A stretch of 59,194 nt of DNA from an uncultured Weeksellaceae bacterium (lineage in GTDB: Bacteria > Bacteroidota > Bacteroidia > Flavobacteriales_D > CAYVSK01), in the NCBI GenBank assembly GCA_964537825.1, contig CAZIDL010000005.1, positions 1 through 59,194 on the forward strand. Reading direction: 5' to 3'. The position numbers and the translations under genes were made by a program. A model generated the notes under the pieces. The model saw only the letters and a program-made list of their open reading frames with translations. It searched no databases and was not told where the DNA came from. Every line of letters begins with the position of its first letter. Positions within the stretch are counted from its first letter, which is position 1. Positions 7,426-15,938 of this stretch are shown one piece after another.

Positions 7426-9915
7426 ATGGCCTCTGAAGCCCCGGGCAGAAAGGATGAATTCGAACTCTATAAGGAGCGTATCACCAATTTCTCCCAGGAG
7501 TTCGAACTCGGACTTTTCCTCTATATCGCGCGGAAAAGCCTGCTTTGGCTCCTGGTGATCCTCTTTTTGGCGGGGGGAGGAGCTTATCTCTATCTCCGTT
7601 ATACCCCTCCCGTTTACGAATCCACCGTATTGCTTCAATTAGGGGAACAGGACAACGCTAAGAAGGTCCTGAATGTGAGTAAAATGTACGAAAAGGAGGA
7701 GAAGCTTTCCGCTGACCTTGAGATCCTTCGCTCCAAATTTCTCTTGAAGCGTGCTTTGGACCGTTTGCCGCTCAAAGTCCGCTATTTTGCTGAAGGTGAT
7801 ATCCTCACGAATGAACATTATCTGCGTTCGCCTTACAGTGTAAAGGTCCTGGAACTTAAGGACTCTTCGCTTGCCGGGAAACCCATCCAGATTCAGAGCC
7901 CGGAAAAGGGGCGGGTCCGGATCAGTTATGAGGCCAATGATGGATTCTCGGGGAGTTTTGATGTGGATGAACGGATCGAGACCCCTGCCTTCAAGCTTCG
8001 CTTCAGCAAATTCAATGGGGAGGATATCCGTGAGGCACAGTCCGGGACTCAGCTTTTTTTCCGCATCAGTTCCCCTTCAGGACTTGCAAAGGATCTTCAC
8101 GATAATCTGAGCGTGGAGATATCGAACGCTCAAGCCCAAACCATCAAGGTCTCCTATAAGGGGAACAATAAGGTCATGACGCGGGATGTTGCGAAAGCGG
8201 TAGCGGAGGAGTACATCGAGTACGATCTGGAACGCAAGAGCAAAAGTTCCCGAAAGACGCTCCAATTCATCAAATCCCAGCTGGATACGGTCAGTTCGCG
8301 TCTTCGGCGGTCCGAGTCCAAACTTCAGCGCTTCAAAAAGCAGAACGAGATCAAGGATGACCAGGAACGATCCAAGGTTCGTTCTCAGCGCCTTGCTGAA
8401 TTGGAAAACCGTTTGGTGGACCTGGAGCTCAAAGAGAACATGCTGGAGGAAGTGCAGCGTGCTTTAGAAAAGGGGGTTGAAGAACTGCAAGTGGATCGCT
8501 TGGTGACGATGATCGGAGGGGCTGATATCAGCAATCCTTCGCTCGCGCAAATGATCAAGCAGCTTCAAAGCCTTCTTGTAAAGCGGGAAGAGCTTCTGTT
8601 CAAAGTGAAGGAGAAGAGTGCGAACGTTTCGTCGATCGAGCATCAGATCCGTATCCAGAAGCGGATGGTCAAGAAAAGCGTGAAGGCGATGCTCGAACGG
8701 ACCCGGTCGCGGAAGGAGCGGCTTAATAAAAAGGTGAAGGGATTCGAGGACCGCTATTACGATATGCCCCGTAGGAAGATCGAGTACGCCCGCCTCAAGC
8801 GAGTCTTCAACATCAATGAAAAGTATTATACGCTACTGCTCGAGAAAAAGACGGAATACTCCATCTCCAAGGCGGGTTTCGTTCCTCAGAACGAAGTGCT
8901 CGAAAAAGCGAAGATCCCTAAAAGACCGGTCAAGCCCAAACCGAAGCTGGCTGTTATTACGTTCCTCCTTTTTGGCTTTGTGATCGGCTTTCTGCTCGTA
9001 GTGGTCCGTTACCTCCTCCACGATGAGATCACTTCCCTCAACGAGATCACAAGGATGACCCAGGCGATGGTAGGGATCCTCGGGATCATTCCCAGGTACA
9101 AGAAGGTCTTGTCGGACTCCCAATTGCTCGTGGACCAAAACCCCAAATCCCTGATCGCGGAATCTTTCCGGGGGGTAAGGAGTAACCTGCAATTCCTTAG
9201 CGAAGAGGAAGGCTCCAAGCTTGCAGCCGTGACCTCTACCATAAGTGGAGAAGGGAAAACCTTCTTTGCCATCAACCTGGCGGGCATCTATGCCCTGATG
9301 GGGAAGAAAGTTATTCTCTTGGACCTTGATATGCGCAAGCCTAAGATCCACGTGGATTTTGGGCTTGATAACGACTCCGGCATGAGCACGCTATTGATCG
9401 GTCGGGATAGCATCGATGATGCGTACGCCTCTACGCGGCTAGAAGGGCTCGACCTGATCCCGGCCGGCCCATCCCCCCCCAACCCTTCTGAGCTCATCCT
9501 GAGCGAGCGTATGCAAGAAATCCTTCAGGAACTCCGTGGGCGCTATGATGTTATCGTGGCCGACACTCCTCCTGTTGGGCTTGTTACCGATGGCCTGGAG
9601 ATCATCAAGCAGGCCGAACTTCCGATCTATATTTTCCGGACGGAGTTCTCCAAAAAACAATTCGTTCAGAACGTCGACAGGCTGATCAATGAGAACAGGA
9701 TCCGGAGGCTCTCCGTGGTATTGAACGGAGTGGACCCTGAAAAAGGAGTTTACGGATACAATTACGGTTACGGTTACGGTTACGGTTATGGGTATGGATA
9801 CGGGCAGGAGTATTACGGCGATTCCGGAAAGAAGAGATCCAGCCGGAAAGGAGGATGGCTCGGGAAGCTTTTCGGTAGGAAGAAGAAAGGGGGACGTGCA
9901 TCCGGGAGGACCTAA
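7426..9915 (+). CDS. wzc: Polysaccharide co-polymerase / BY-type tyrosine autokinase (Wzc/GumC-like)
   Basis: 829 aa. N-terminal TM segment, Wzz-like domain and long coiled coil, then a second TM segment. P-loop kinase domain with Walker A (SGEGKT), Walker A' (LLDLDMRKP), Walker B (VIVADTPP) and PAGPSPPNPSELI. C-terminal Tyr cluster YGYNYGYGYGYGYGYGYGQEYY. Confidence 0.85.
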   Translation: MASEAPGRKDEFELYKERITNFSQEFELGLFLYIARKSLLWLLVILFLAGGGAYLYLRYTPPVYESTVLLQLGEQDNAKKVLNVSKMYEKEEKLSADLEILRSKFLLKRALDRLPLKVRYFAEGDILTNEHYLRSPYSVKVLELKDSSLAGKPIQIQSPEKGRVRISYEANDGFSGSFDVDERIETPAFKLRFSKFNGEDIREAQSGTQLFFRISSPSGLAKDLHDNLSVEISNAQAQTIKVSYKGNNKVMTRDVAKAVAEEYIEYDLERKSKSSRKTLQFIKSQLDTVSSRLRRSESKLQRFKKQNEIKDDQERSKVRSQRLAELENRLVDLELKENMLEEVQRALEKGVEELQVDRLVTMIGGADISNPSLAQMIKQLQSLLVKREELLFKVKEKSANVSSIEHQIRIQKRMVKKSVKAMLERTRSRKERLNKKVKGFEDRYYDMPRRKIEYARLKRVFNINEKYYTLLLEKKTEYSISKAGFVPQNEVLEKAKIPKRPVKPKPKLAVITFLLFGFVIGFLLVVVRYLLHDEITSLNEITRMTQAMVGILGIIPRYKKVLSDSQLLVDQNPKSLIAESFRGVRSNLQFLSEEEGSKLAAVTSTISGEGKTFFAINLAGIYALMGKKVILLDLDMRKPKIHVDFGLDNDSGMSTLLIGRDSIDDAYASTRLEGLDLIPAGPSPPNPSELILSERMQEILQELRGRYDVIVADTPPVGLVTDGLEIIKQAELPIYIFRTEFSKKQFVQNVDRLINENRIRRLSVVLNGVDPEKGVYGYNYGYGYGYGYGYGYGQEYYGDSGKKRSSRKGGWLGKLFGRKKKGGRASGRT

Positions 9916-10004
9916 AGTCGTAATTTGAAGGATAGCCATCGGCCTCACGCTTAAAAAAGATCGGAGCAACCATCGGTATCGAAAGTCTCCTCATTTTTAT
10001 CGGG

Positions 10005-11045
10005 GTGTTAGCCTTCACCCTTCTGGTCAATGGCCTTTTCCTCCGCTTTTCCCGAACGCTTGGAATGGGAAAGGGAGAAGAGCCGGCCATCCAGCGGTGG
10101 AACCCCGAACGGAAGCCAACGCTCGGGGGCATCTCCCTTTATATGGTCTTTCTCTTTTGTTTTTCCTTGTCCTATGGGCCCTACTTTAACGGAGGAGAGG
10201 ATGAGTATCTCTGGATGATGGGGCTTTTGGGGGCTGCTTCCCTTGCTTTTTTGATGGGCCTCTCCGATGATGTCTATGAAACCCGCCCATTTTTGAAACT
10301 AGCGGTCCAAACCGCATGTGGTGCCGTTCTTATCTATTCAGGGACGGTCTTGGACGTTCCGGGACCTGCATGGCTCGATCGGATCGTGACCATCCTTTGG
10401 ATCATCCTTTTGATGAACTCGATCAACATGGTCGATAACATGGATGGGATCGCTGCCAGCATCGGCTTGATGGTCATCGCTGCATCGATGCTCCAGCTAT
10501 GGGAGCTGCAAGGGACCGAGAGCAGTTTCTGGCCTGTGCTCATTGGTGTGATGGCCAGCGTACTGGGTTTCCTGTTCTACAACATCCATCCCTCCTCCAT
10601 GTTCCTCGGGGATGCAGGGAGCCAATTCCTGGGGCTGCTCCTCGCTTTTTTGGGTATTCGATTTTTCTGGAATGCCCCTGAACCGGGTTTAGCGAGCTCT
10701 GTTCCCGTTTTGGTACAAAAGGCTCTTATCTTTTTGCTCCTTTTCTGGAGTTCGCTCGCTGATACCCTTGCTGTTTTCACTTTACGCATCATCAGAGGAG
10801 GTTCCCCCCTGAAAGGTGGAAAAGACCATACGACCCACGCTTTGTCTTATGCAGGTTGGTCGGACCGCGGGGTCAATCTGATCTTCTTCCTCTGGAGTGC
10901 GCTCAACGCTTTTCTTAGTTTGTTCCTCCTCCGGAAAGAGGCTTCTGTGCTCTGGATCACGGCTATGATCGCCTATATCTTCCTTACCTTTGCGGTCCTG
11001 TTCGTGAACGCCTATCGGACGGGTGAGAAGCAATTGCCTTCATGA
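10005..11045 (+). CDS. Undecaprenyl-phosphate sugar-1-phosphate transferase (MraY/WecA family, GT4 polyprenyl-P transferase)
   Basis: 346 aa and multi-TM. NSINMVDNMDGIA motif, a DD motif (GLSDDVYE), and KPTLGGISLY. The only in-frame start after the upstream stop at 9933 is the GTG at 10005. Confidence 0.8.
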   Translation: MLAFTLLVNGLFLRFSRTLGMGKGEEPAIQRWNPERKPTLGGISLYMVFLFCFSLSYGPYFNGGEDEYLWMMGLLGAASLAFLMGLSDDVYETRPFLKLAVQTACGAVLIYSGTVLDVPGPAWLDRIVTILWIILLMNSINMVDNMDGIAASIGLMVIAASMLQLWELQGTESSFWPVLIGVMASVLGFLFYNIHPSSMFLGDAGSQFLGLLLAFLGIRFFWNAPEPGLASSVPVLVQKALIFLLLFWSSLADTLAVFTLRIIRGGSPLKGGKDHTTHALSYAGWSDRGVNLIFFLWSALNAFLSLFLLRKEASVLWITAMIAYIFLTFAVLFVNAYRTGEKQLPS

Positions 11046-12100
11046 AGGAACGGAAACGGCGTATCATAAAAAGGGAACTGGGAAGAGGGTTCTACTCCAT
11101 CCTGATCCTTTTGGGCTTCTTGTTGATCCTTAAGGTGATGAATTATTCTGCGGATCACGAAGAGGGGAAGGAGGGAGACATCCCTTATCGCTCTTATTTC
11201 ACGGAACACTACAAGATCTTTTCCCTCGAACTGCCGAAGTCTCTAAAATTCGCGGGGGAGCCTGTTCCTATGAACGATCTGGACGTTCGGGAAAAACTGG
11301 ATCGAGAGCTTCACGTCAACACCTATTGGCAATCCCATTCCATCTTGCTCCATAAAAGGGCTCATCGTTGGTTCCCGGTCATTGAGCCTATCCTGAAGGA
11401 AGAAGGGGTGCCGGAGGACCTGAAATACGTTCCGCTCGTGGAGAGCGGGTTCAAGAACGTCACCTCTCCTGCAGGAGCAAAGGGATTCTGGCAGTTCATG
11501 AAAGGAACGGCTGAACAGTACGGATTGGAGGTCAACGGAAACGTCGACGAACGTTACAATGTGCGAAAAGCGACCCGAGCTGCTTGCGATTATTTCAAGA
11601 AAGCCCATAAAGAGTACGGGAGCTGGACCTTGGCCGCAGCTTCCTACAATGTCGGTATGAGGGCTCTTAATGAACGATTGCTCGAGCAAAAGGCTGATAG
11701 TTATTACGAGCTCATGCTCAATACCGAAACAGGGCGTTACGTTTATCGGATCCTGGCTCTGAAGGAGATCCATAAGGATCCGGGGCGTTATGGCTTTCAT
11801 TTCCGCGATCAGGATCTTTATGAGCCCTATAAGACCCGAACGATCGAGGTTGACAGTTCCATCGATGATCTGGCACAGTTCGCTATAGACCATGGAACAG
11901 GATATAAGGAGCTCAAGATCCTGAATCCCTGGCTTCGTGAAGGGCATTTGGAGAACAGCTCCGGGAAGACCTATAAGATCCGGCTTCCCAAGCCCTCTTC
12001 AGAGAAGCTTATCCATAAGGATACTGGGCTCTATCGGAACGACACCCTCCGGATGAAGATCCAAAAGGACAGCCTTCCTACTAAGGAGGAAGAGAAATGA
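11042..12100 (+). CDS. Lytic transglycosylase (SLT domain, MltD-like)
   Basis: 352 aa. Catalytic-Glu block VPLVESGFKNVTSPAGAKGFWQFM plus AAASYNVG. An N-terminal TM anchor is present. The ATGA overlaps the upstream stop. Confidence 0.8.
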   Translation: MKERKRRIIKRELGRGFYSILILLGFLLILKVMNYSADHEEGKEGDIPYRSYFTEHYKIFSLELPKSLKFAGEPVPMNDLDVREKLDRELHVNTYWQSHSILLHKRAHRWFPVIEPILKEEGVPEDLKYVPLVESGFKNVTSPAGAKGFWQFMKGTAEQYGLEVNGNVDERYNVRKATRAACDYFKKAHKEYGSWTLAAASYNVGMRALNERLLEQKADSYYELMLNTETGRYVYRILALKEIHKDPGRYGFHFRDQDLYEPYKTRTIEVDSSIDDLAQFAIDHGTGYKELKILNPWLREGHLENSSGKTYKIRLPKPSSEKLIHKDTGLYRNDTLRMKIQKDSLPTKEEEK

Positions 12101-14994
12101 AAGGTAATGGGGGCGATAATGGGGATGGAGCAGCGGTGGTGAAGCCGTTGGAAAGGGAAGCTTCCAGGAGCGATGAGATCCGTATCAGTGCTGCTGCTGA
12201 ACACAACCTTAAGTGGATCGATCTCCGGATCCCTCGTTATACCTTAACTGTCGTTACTGGTCTTAGTGGAAGCGGCAAGTCGAGCTTGGCGTTCGACACC
12301 CTTTATGCTGAAGGCCAACGCCGCTACATCGAGACCTTTTCTTCCTATGTGCGATCCTTCCTCGGCGGGATGGAGCGTCCCGAGGTCGACTCGATCCAAG
12401 GGCTAAGTCCGGTGATCGCTATCGAACAGAAGACGATCAGCAAGAACCCTCGTTCCACGGTCGGAACCGTTACCGAGGTTCAGGACTTACTGCGCCTTCT
12501 TTATGCCAGGATCGGAACGGCCTACTCCTACCGGACCGGTGAGGAGATGGTGCGCTATACGGAGGAACAGGTTGTTGATCTAGTGCTCCGGGAGTTCGAA
12601 GGAAAAAAGGCGATCATCCTTGCTCCGCTCATCAAGGGCCGCAAAGGGCATTACCGGGAACTGTTCGAACAGATCATGAAGCAGGGTTTCCTACGGGCCC
12701 GGGTGGACGGAGAGATCGTGGACCTACATGAAGGGATGCGCTTGGATCGCTACAAGATGCACGATATAGAGCTTGTGGTGGATAGGGTGTCCGTGAAGGA
12801 AAAGGACCGGGAGCGTCTTGCGGCATCCTGCAGCACCGCTATGAAACAGGGAAAAGGGGCGATGATGCTGCTCGATCACGAGGAAGGTACGGTCCGTCAC
12901 TTCAGCAAGACCTTGATGTGCCCGAGCACGGGTATTGCTTATCCGGATCCGGAACCGAACCTTTTTTCCTTCAATTCCCCCTACGGTGCTTGTAAAACCT
13001 GTGGCGGGCTCGGTACCGTTGAGGTCCTCGACCGGGAAAGCCTCGTTCCCGACCCCGGAAAGAGCATCGAAGCGGGTGGTGTTCAACCCCTCGGAAAGCC
13101 CGGTAATGCGTGGATAGGAAAACAATTGGCCGCTCTCCTTCAGAAATACGGATACAAGCTGGGAACAGCTATCGGAGAATTGCCGGAGGATCTCTTTCAA
13201 AAGATCATGGAAGGGACGCAGGAAGAGTTGCACATCGATACAGGAGTGGGGGTTCAGAAGACCGTGCTCAGCTTTGAAGGAGTAATGCGCTACCTTGAGC
13301 GCAACTTAAAAGGGGAAGGGGGCAAAAAAGCGCGGAAAGAAAGAGATGCTTATACGCGCAAAGAGGTTTGCCCCAGTTGCGAAGGGGGCCGTTTGTGTCA
13401 TGAAGCCCTTCATTTCCGGATCGATGGGGTCAATATCGCAGAACTGGGAAAATTGAGCCTGGAGGAGCTCAAGGAACGCCTGGAGCAGATGGAAGGGACC
13501 CTCGAAGGGGATCGTGCCCGGATCGGGGGGGAGATCCTTCGGGAGATCCAGCAGCGACTGGGCTTTTTACTGGATGTCGGGCTTTATTATCTCACCCTCG
13601 ACCGGCCGGCGAAGACGCTTTCTGGGGGAGAAGCACAGCGGATCCGCTTGGGGACCCAGATCGGATCGAAATTGACAGGGGTCCTTTATATTCTTGACGA
13701 ACCCAGCATCGGTTTGCATCAGCGGGATAACTGGCGTCTGATCAATTCGTTGAAAGAACTCCGCGACCTCGGGAACACCGTCATCGTGGTGGAACACGAT
13801 CGGGACACGATCCTCAGTGCGGACCACGTGATCGATATGGGGCCCGGTGCGGGAGAAAAAGGGGGATATGTGGTAGCAGCGGGCACCCCTGAAGAAGTGA
13901 CCGAGAAGGAGACCCTTACGGGTCAATACTTGAAACGGATCCGAGAGATCCCGGTCCCGAAGGAACGGAGAAAGGGGAATGGAAGTTCTATCACCATCCG
14001 GAATGCTGAAGGCCACAACCTCAAAGGGATCGATGTGACCTTTCCACTCGGGAAGTTCATTACGGTCACGGGCGTTTCCGGGAGCGGAAAATCTTCCCTC
14101 ATCGAAGGGATCCTTCATCCTTACTTGAGCAATGAACTTCATAGGGGGCAAAAGAGCCATTTGGCCTGCCGAACGGTCGAAGGGGTCCATCAGCTCGACA
14201 AGGTGATCGATATCGATCAGGCTCCGATCGGTCGTACCCCCCGCTCCAACCCTGCCACCTACACTGGCCTTTTTAGCGATATCCGGCGTTTCTTTTCCGA
14301 AACACCTGAAGCGAAGATCCGGGGTTATAAACCCGGTCGATTCTCCTTTAACGTGAAAGGTGGTCGCTGTGAGACCTGCAAAGGAGGAGGGGTCCGTACC
14401 ATCGAGATGAATTTTTTACCTGATGTGCACGTTACCTGTGAAACCTGTCGTGGGAGGCGTTACGACCGCGAGACCCTCGAAGTCCGCTATAAAGGGCGTT
14501 CGATATCCGACGTTCTCGATATGACCATCCAGCAAGCGGGCGAATTCTTTCAGGACATCCCTAGCATCTATAGCAAGCTGAACACTTTGAACGAGGTCGG
14601 TCTCGGATACCTTCAACTGGGGCAGCCATCGACGAACCTATCCGGAGGGGAAGCGCAACGGGTGAAGCTTGCGACCGAATTGGCTCGAAAGAGCACTGGT
14701 AACACCTTCTATATCCTGGATGAACCGACAACGGGGCTTCATTTCGAAGACATCCGGATGCTGATCGAAGTGCTGGACCGTTTGGTGGAACAGGGGAACA
14801 CGGTCCTTGTGATCGAGCACGATCCCGACGTGATCAAAGTGGCGGACCATGTTATCGACATGGGCCCCGAAGGCGGTGCTGATGGTGGACGGATCGTCGC
14901 GAGCGGTACGCCCGAACAGGTTAGCAATGACCGGAACGGATATACAGGCGCCTATCTTGAAGAAGAACTCACAGCACAGAAAGTGAACTCATGA
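12097..14994 (+). CDS. uvrA: Excinuclease ABC subunit A
   Basis: 965 aa. Two ABC ATPase modules (GLSGSGKSSLAFDTLYAEGQRRY and GVSGSGKSSLI), LSGGE signature motifs twice, and zinc-finger CxxC pairs. Confidence 0.97.
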   Translation: MKGNGGDNGDGAAVVKPLEREASRSDEIRISAAAEHNLKWIDLRIPRYTLTVVTGLSGSGKSSLAFDTLYAEGQRRYIETFSSYVRSFLGGMERPEVDSIQGLSPVIAIEQKTISKNPRSTVGTVTEVQDLLRLLYARIGTAYSYRTGEEMVRYTEEQVVDLVLREFEGKKAIILAPLIKGRKGHYRELFEQIMKQGFLRARVDGEIVDLHEGMRLDRYKMHDIELVVDRVSVKEKDRERLAASCSTAMKQGKGAMMLLDHEEGTVRHFSKTLMCPSTGIAYPDPEPNLFSFNSPYGACKTCGGLGTVEVLDRESLVPDPGKSIEAGGVQPLGKPGNAWIGKQLAALLQKYGYKLGTAIGELPEDLFQKIMEGTQEELHIDTGVGVQKTVLSFEGVMRYLERNLKGEGGKKARKERDAYTRKEVCPSCEGGRLCHEALHFRIDGVNIAELGKLSLEELKERLEQMEGTLEGDRARIGGEILREIQQRLGFLLDVGLYYLTLDRPAKTLSGGEAQRIRLGTQIGSKLTGVLYILDEPSIGLHQRDNWRLINSLKELRDLGNTVIVVEHDRDTILSADHVIDMGPGAGEKGGYVVAAGTPEEVTEKETLTGQYLKRIREIPVPKERRKGNGSSITIRNAEGHNLKGIDVTFPLGKFITVTGVSGSGKSSLIEGILHPYLSNELHRGQKSHLACRTVEGVHQLDKVIDIDQAPIGRTPRSNPATYTGLFSDIRRFFSETPEAKIRGYKPGRFSFNVKGGRCETCKGGGVRTIEMNFLPDVHVTCETCRGRRYDRETLEVRYKGRSISDVLDMTIQQAGEFFQDIPSIYSKLNTLNEVGLGYLQLGQPSTNLSGGEAQRVKLATELARKSTGNTFYILDEPTTGLHFEDIRMLIEVLDRLVEQGNTVLVIEHDPDVIKVADHVIDMGPEGGADGGRIVASGTPEQVSNDRNGYTGAYLEEELTAQKVNS

Positions 14995-15704
14995 CGCAAA
15001 ACGAAGATGATCGTATAAGACGGGCCTTCGAAGAAAGGGATTGGAACGAGATCAAGGCCAATGACAGCTGGGCGATATTCAAGATCATGTCCGAGTTCGT
15101 GGAGGGATTCGAAAAGCTCTCCAAGATCAAACCATGCGTTTCGGTCTTCGGTTCAGCCCGGGTCGGATCGGAACGGCCTTACTATCAGTTGGCGGAACGG
15201 CTCGCTTATCAATTGACTGGGCATGGTTACGGTGTGATAACAGGAGGGGGTCCTGGTGTCATGGAAGCTGCGAACAAAGGGGCTCATAGAGGAGGAGGTA
15301 CTTCGGTTGGATTGAACATCGACCTTCCTTTTGAGCAGAAGGCCAATGAATACATCGATCGTGACAAGTTGATCAATTTCGAGCGTTTTTTCGTCCGCAA
15401 GGTGATGTTCGTGAAATACGCTCAGGGCTTCATAGTCCTTCCCGGAGGTCTTGGTACATTGGATGAGTTCTTCGAAGCCCTTACCCTTATCCAGACCAAT
15501 AAGATCGGGAAATTCCCCATCATCCTGGTCGGTAAGGACTTTTGGTCCGGTCTGGTCGATTGGTTGAAAAAAGTGGTGGCGGAGCAGGAAGGCAACATGG
15601 CGCTCAAGGATCTGGAGCTCTTCACTTTGGTGGATGAACCCGAAGAAGCTGTCGAAGAGATCGACCGTTTTTATTCCCAATACCTCTTGCGACCGAATTT
15701 TTAG
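14991..15704 (+). CDS. LOG / TIGR00730-family nucleotide 5'-monophosphate nucleosidase (PpnN/YgdH-like)
   Basis: 237 aa. VSVFGSAR, GGGPGVMEA and PGGLGTLDEFFE motifs are diagnostic for the LOG family. Confidence 0.85.
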   Translation: MTQNEDDRIRRAFEERDWNEIKANDSWAIFKIMSEFVEGFEKLSKIKPCVSVFGSARVGSERPYYQLAERLAYQLTGHGYGVITGGGPGVMEAANKGAHRGGGTSVGLNIDLPFEQKANEYIDRDKLINFERFFVRKVMFVKYAQGFIVLPGGLGTLDEFFEALTLIQTNKIGKFPIILVGKDFWSGLVDWLKKVVAEQEGNMALKDLELFTLVDEPEEAVEEIDRFYSQYLLRPNF

Positions 15705-15727
15705 TTCTATTGCTCCCCCTACTGCCG

Positions 15728-15771
15728 GATCGTTGAAAGATCGTTGAAAGATCGTTCATTGATCGTTCATT
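15728..15771. repeat. Four tandem 11-bp units: GATCGTTGAAA x2 then GATCGTTCATT x2 (7-bp conserved core plus 4-bp variable spacer)
   Basis: Read directly. The units start at 15728, 15739, 15750 and 15761. Degenerate GATC-containing units continue at 15779, 15793 and 15806, and a further lone GATC site follows at 15832. Confidence 0.9.
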
Positions 15772-15938
15772 TCCTGTCGATCCATTGTTCACGATCTCGT
15801 TGAGAGATCCGGGAACCGTGGTTTGAGGCTAGATCTGGAATTCGTTTTCAACACGGGTTTGTTCGTAATTCTTTTTCAAGGTGCTGGGATCGAGCACGGG
15901 GATGCCTTTTGTTTGAAATATAGCAAAAGCCCCGTTTT

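Noticed and set aside
9751-9819. Hexanucleotide tandem repeat as a CRISPR or non-coding microsatellite
   Set aside because: It is in frame within wzc, encodes the (GY)n tyrosine cluster, and has no spacers or cas genes.
15728-15835. GATC cluster as a chromosomal replication origin
   Set aside because: I saw no cluster of DnaA boxes (TTATCCACA-like), no AT-rich unwinding element and no dnaA/dnaN nearby. GATC is also generally abundant in this sequence. A transcription-factor array is the better reading.
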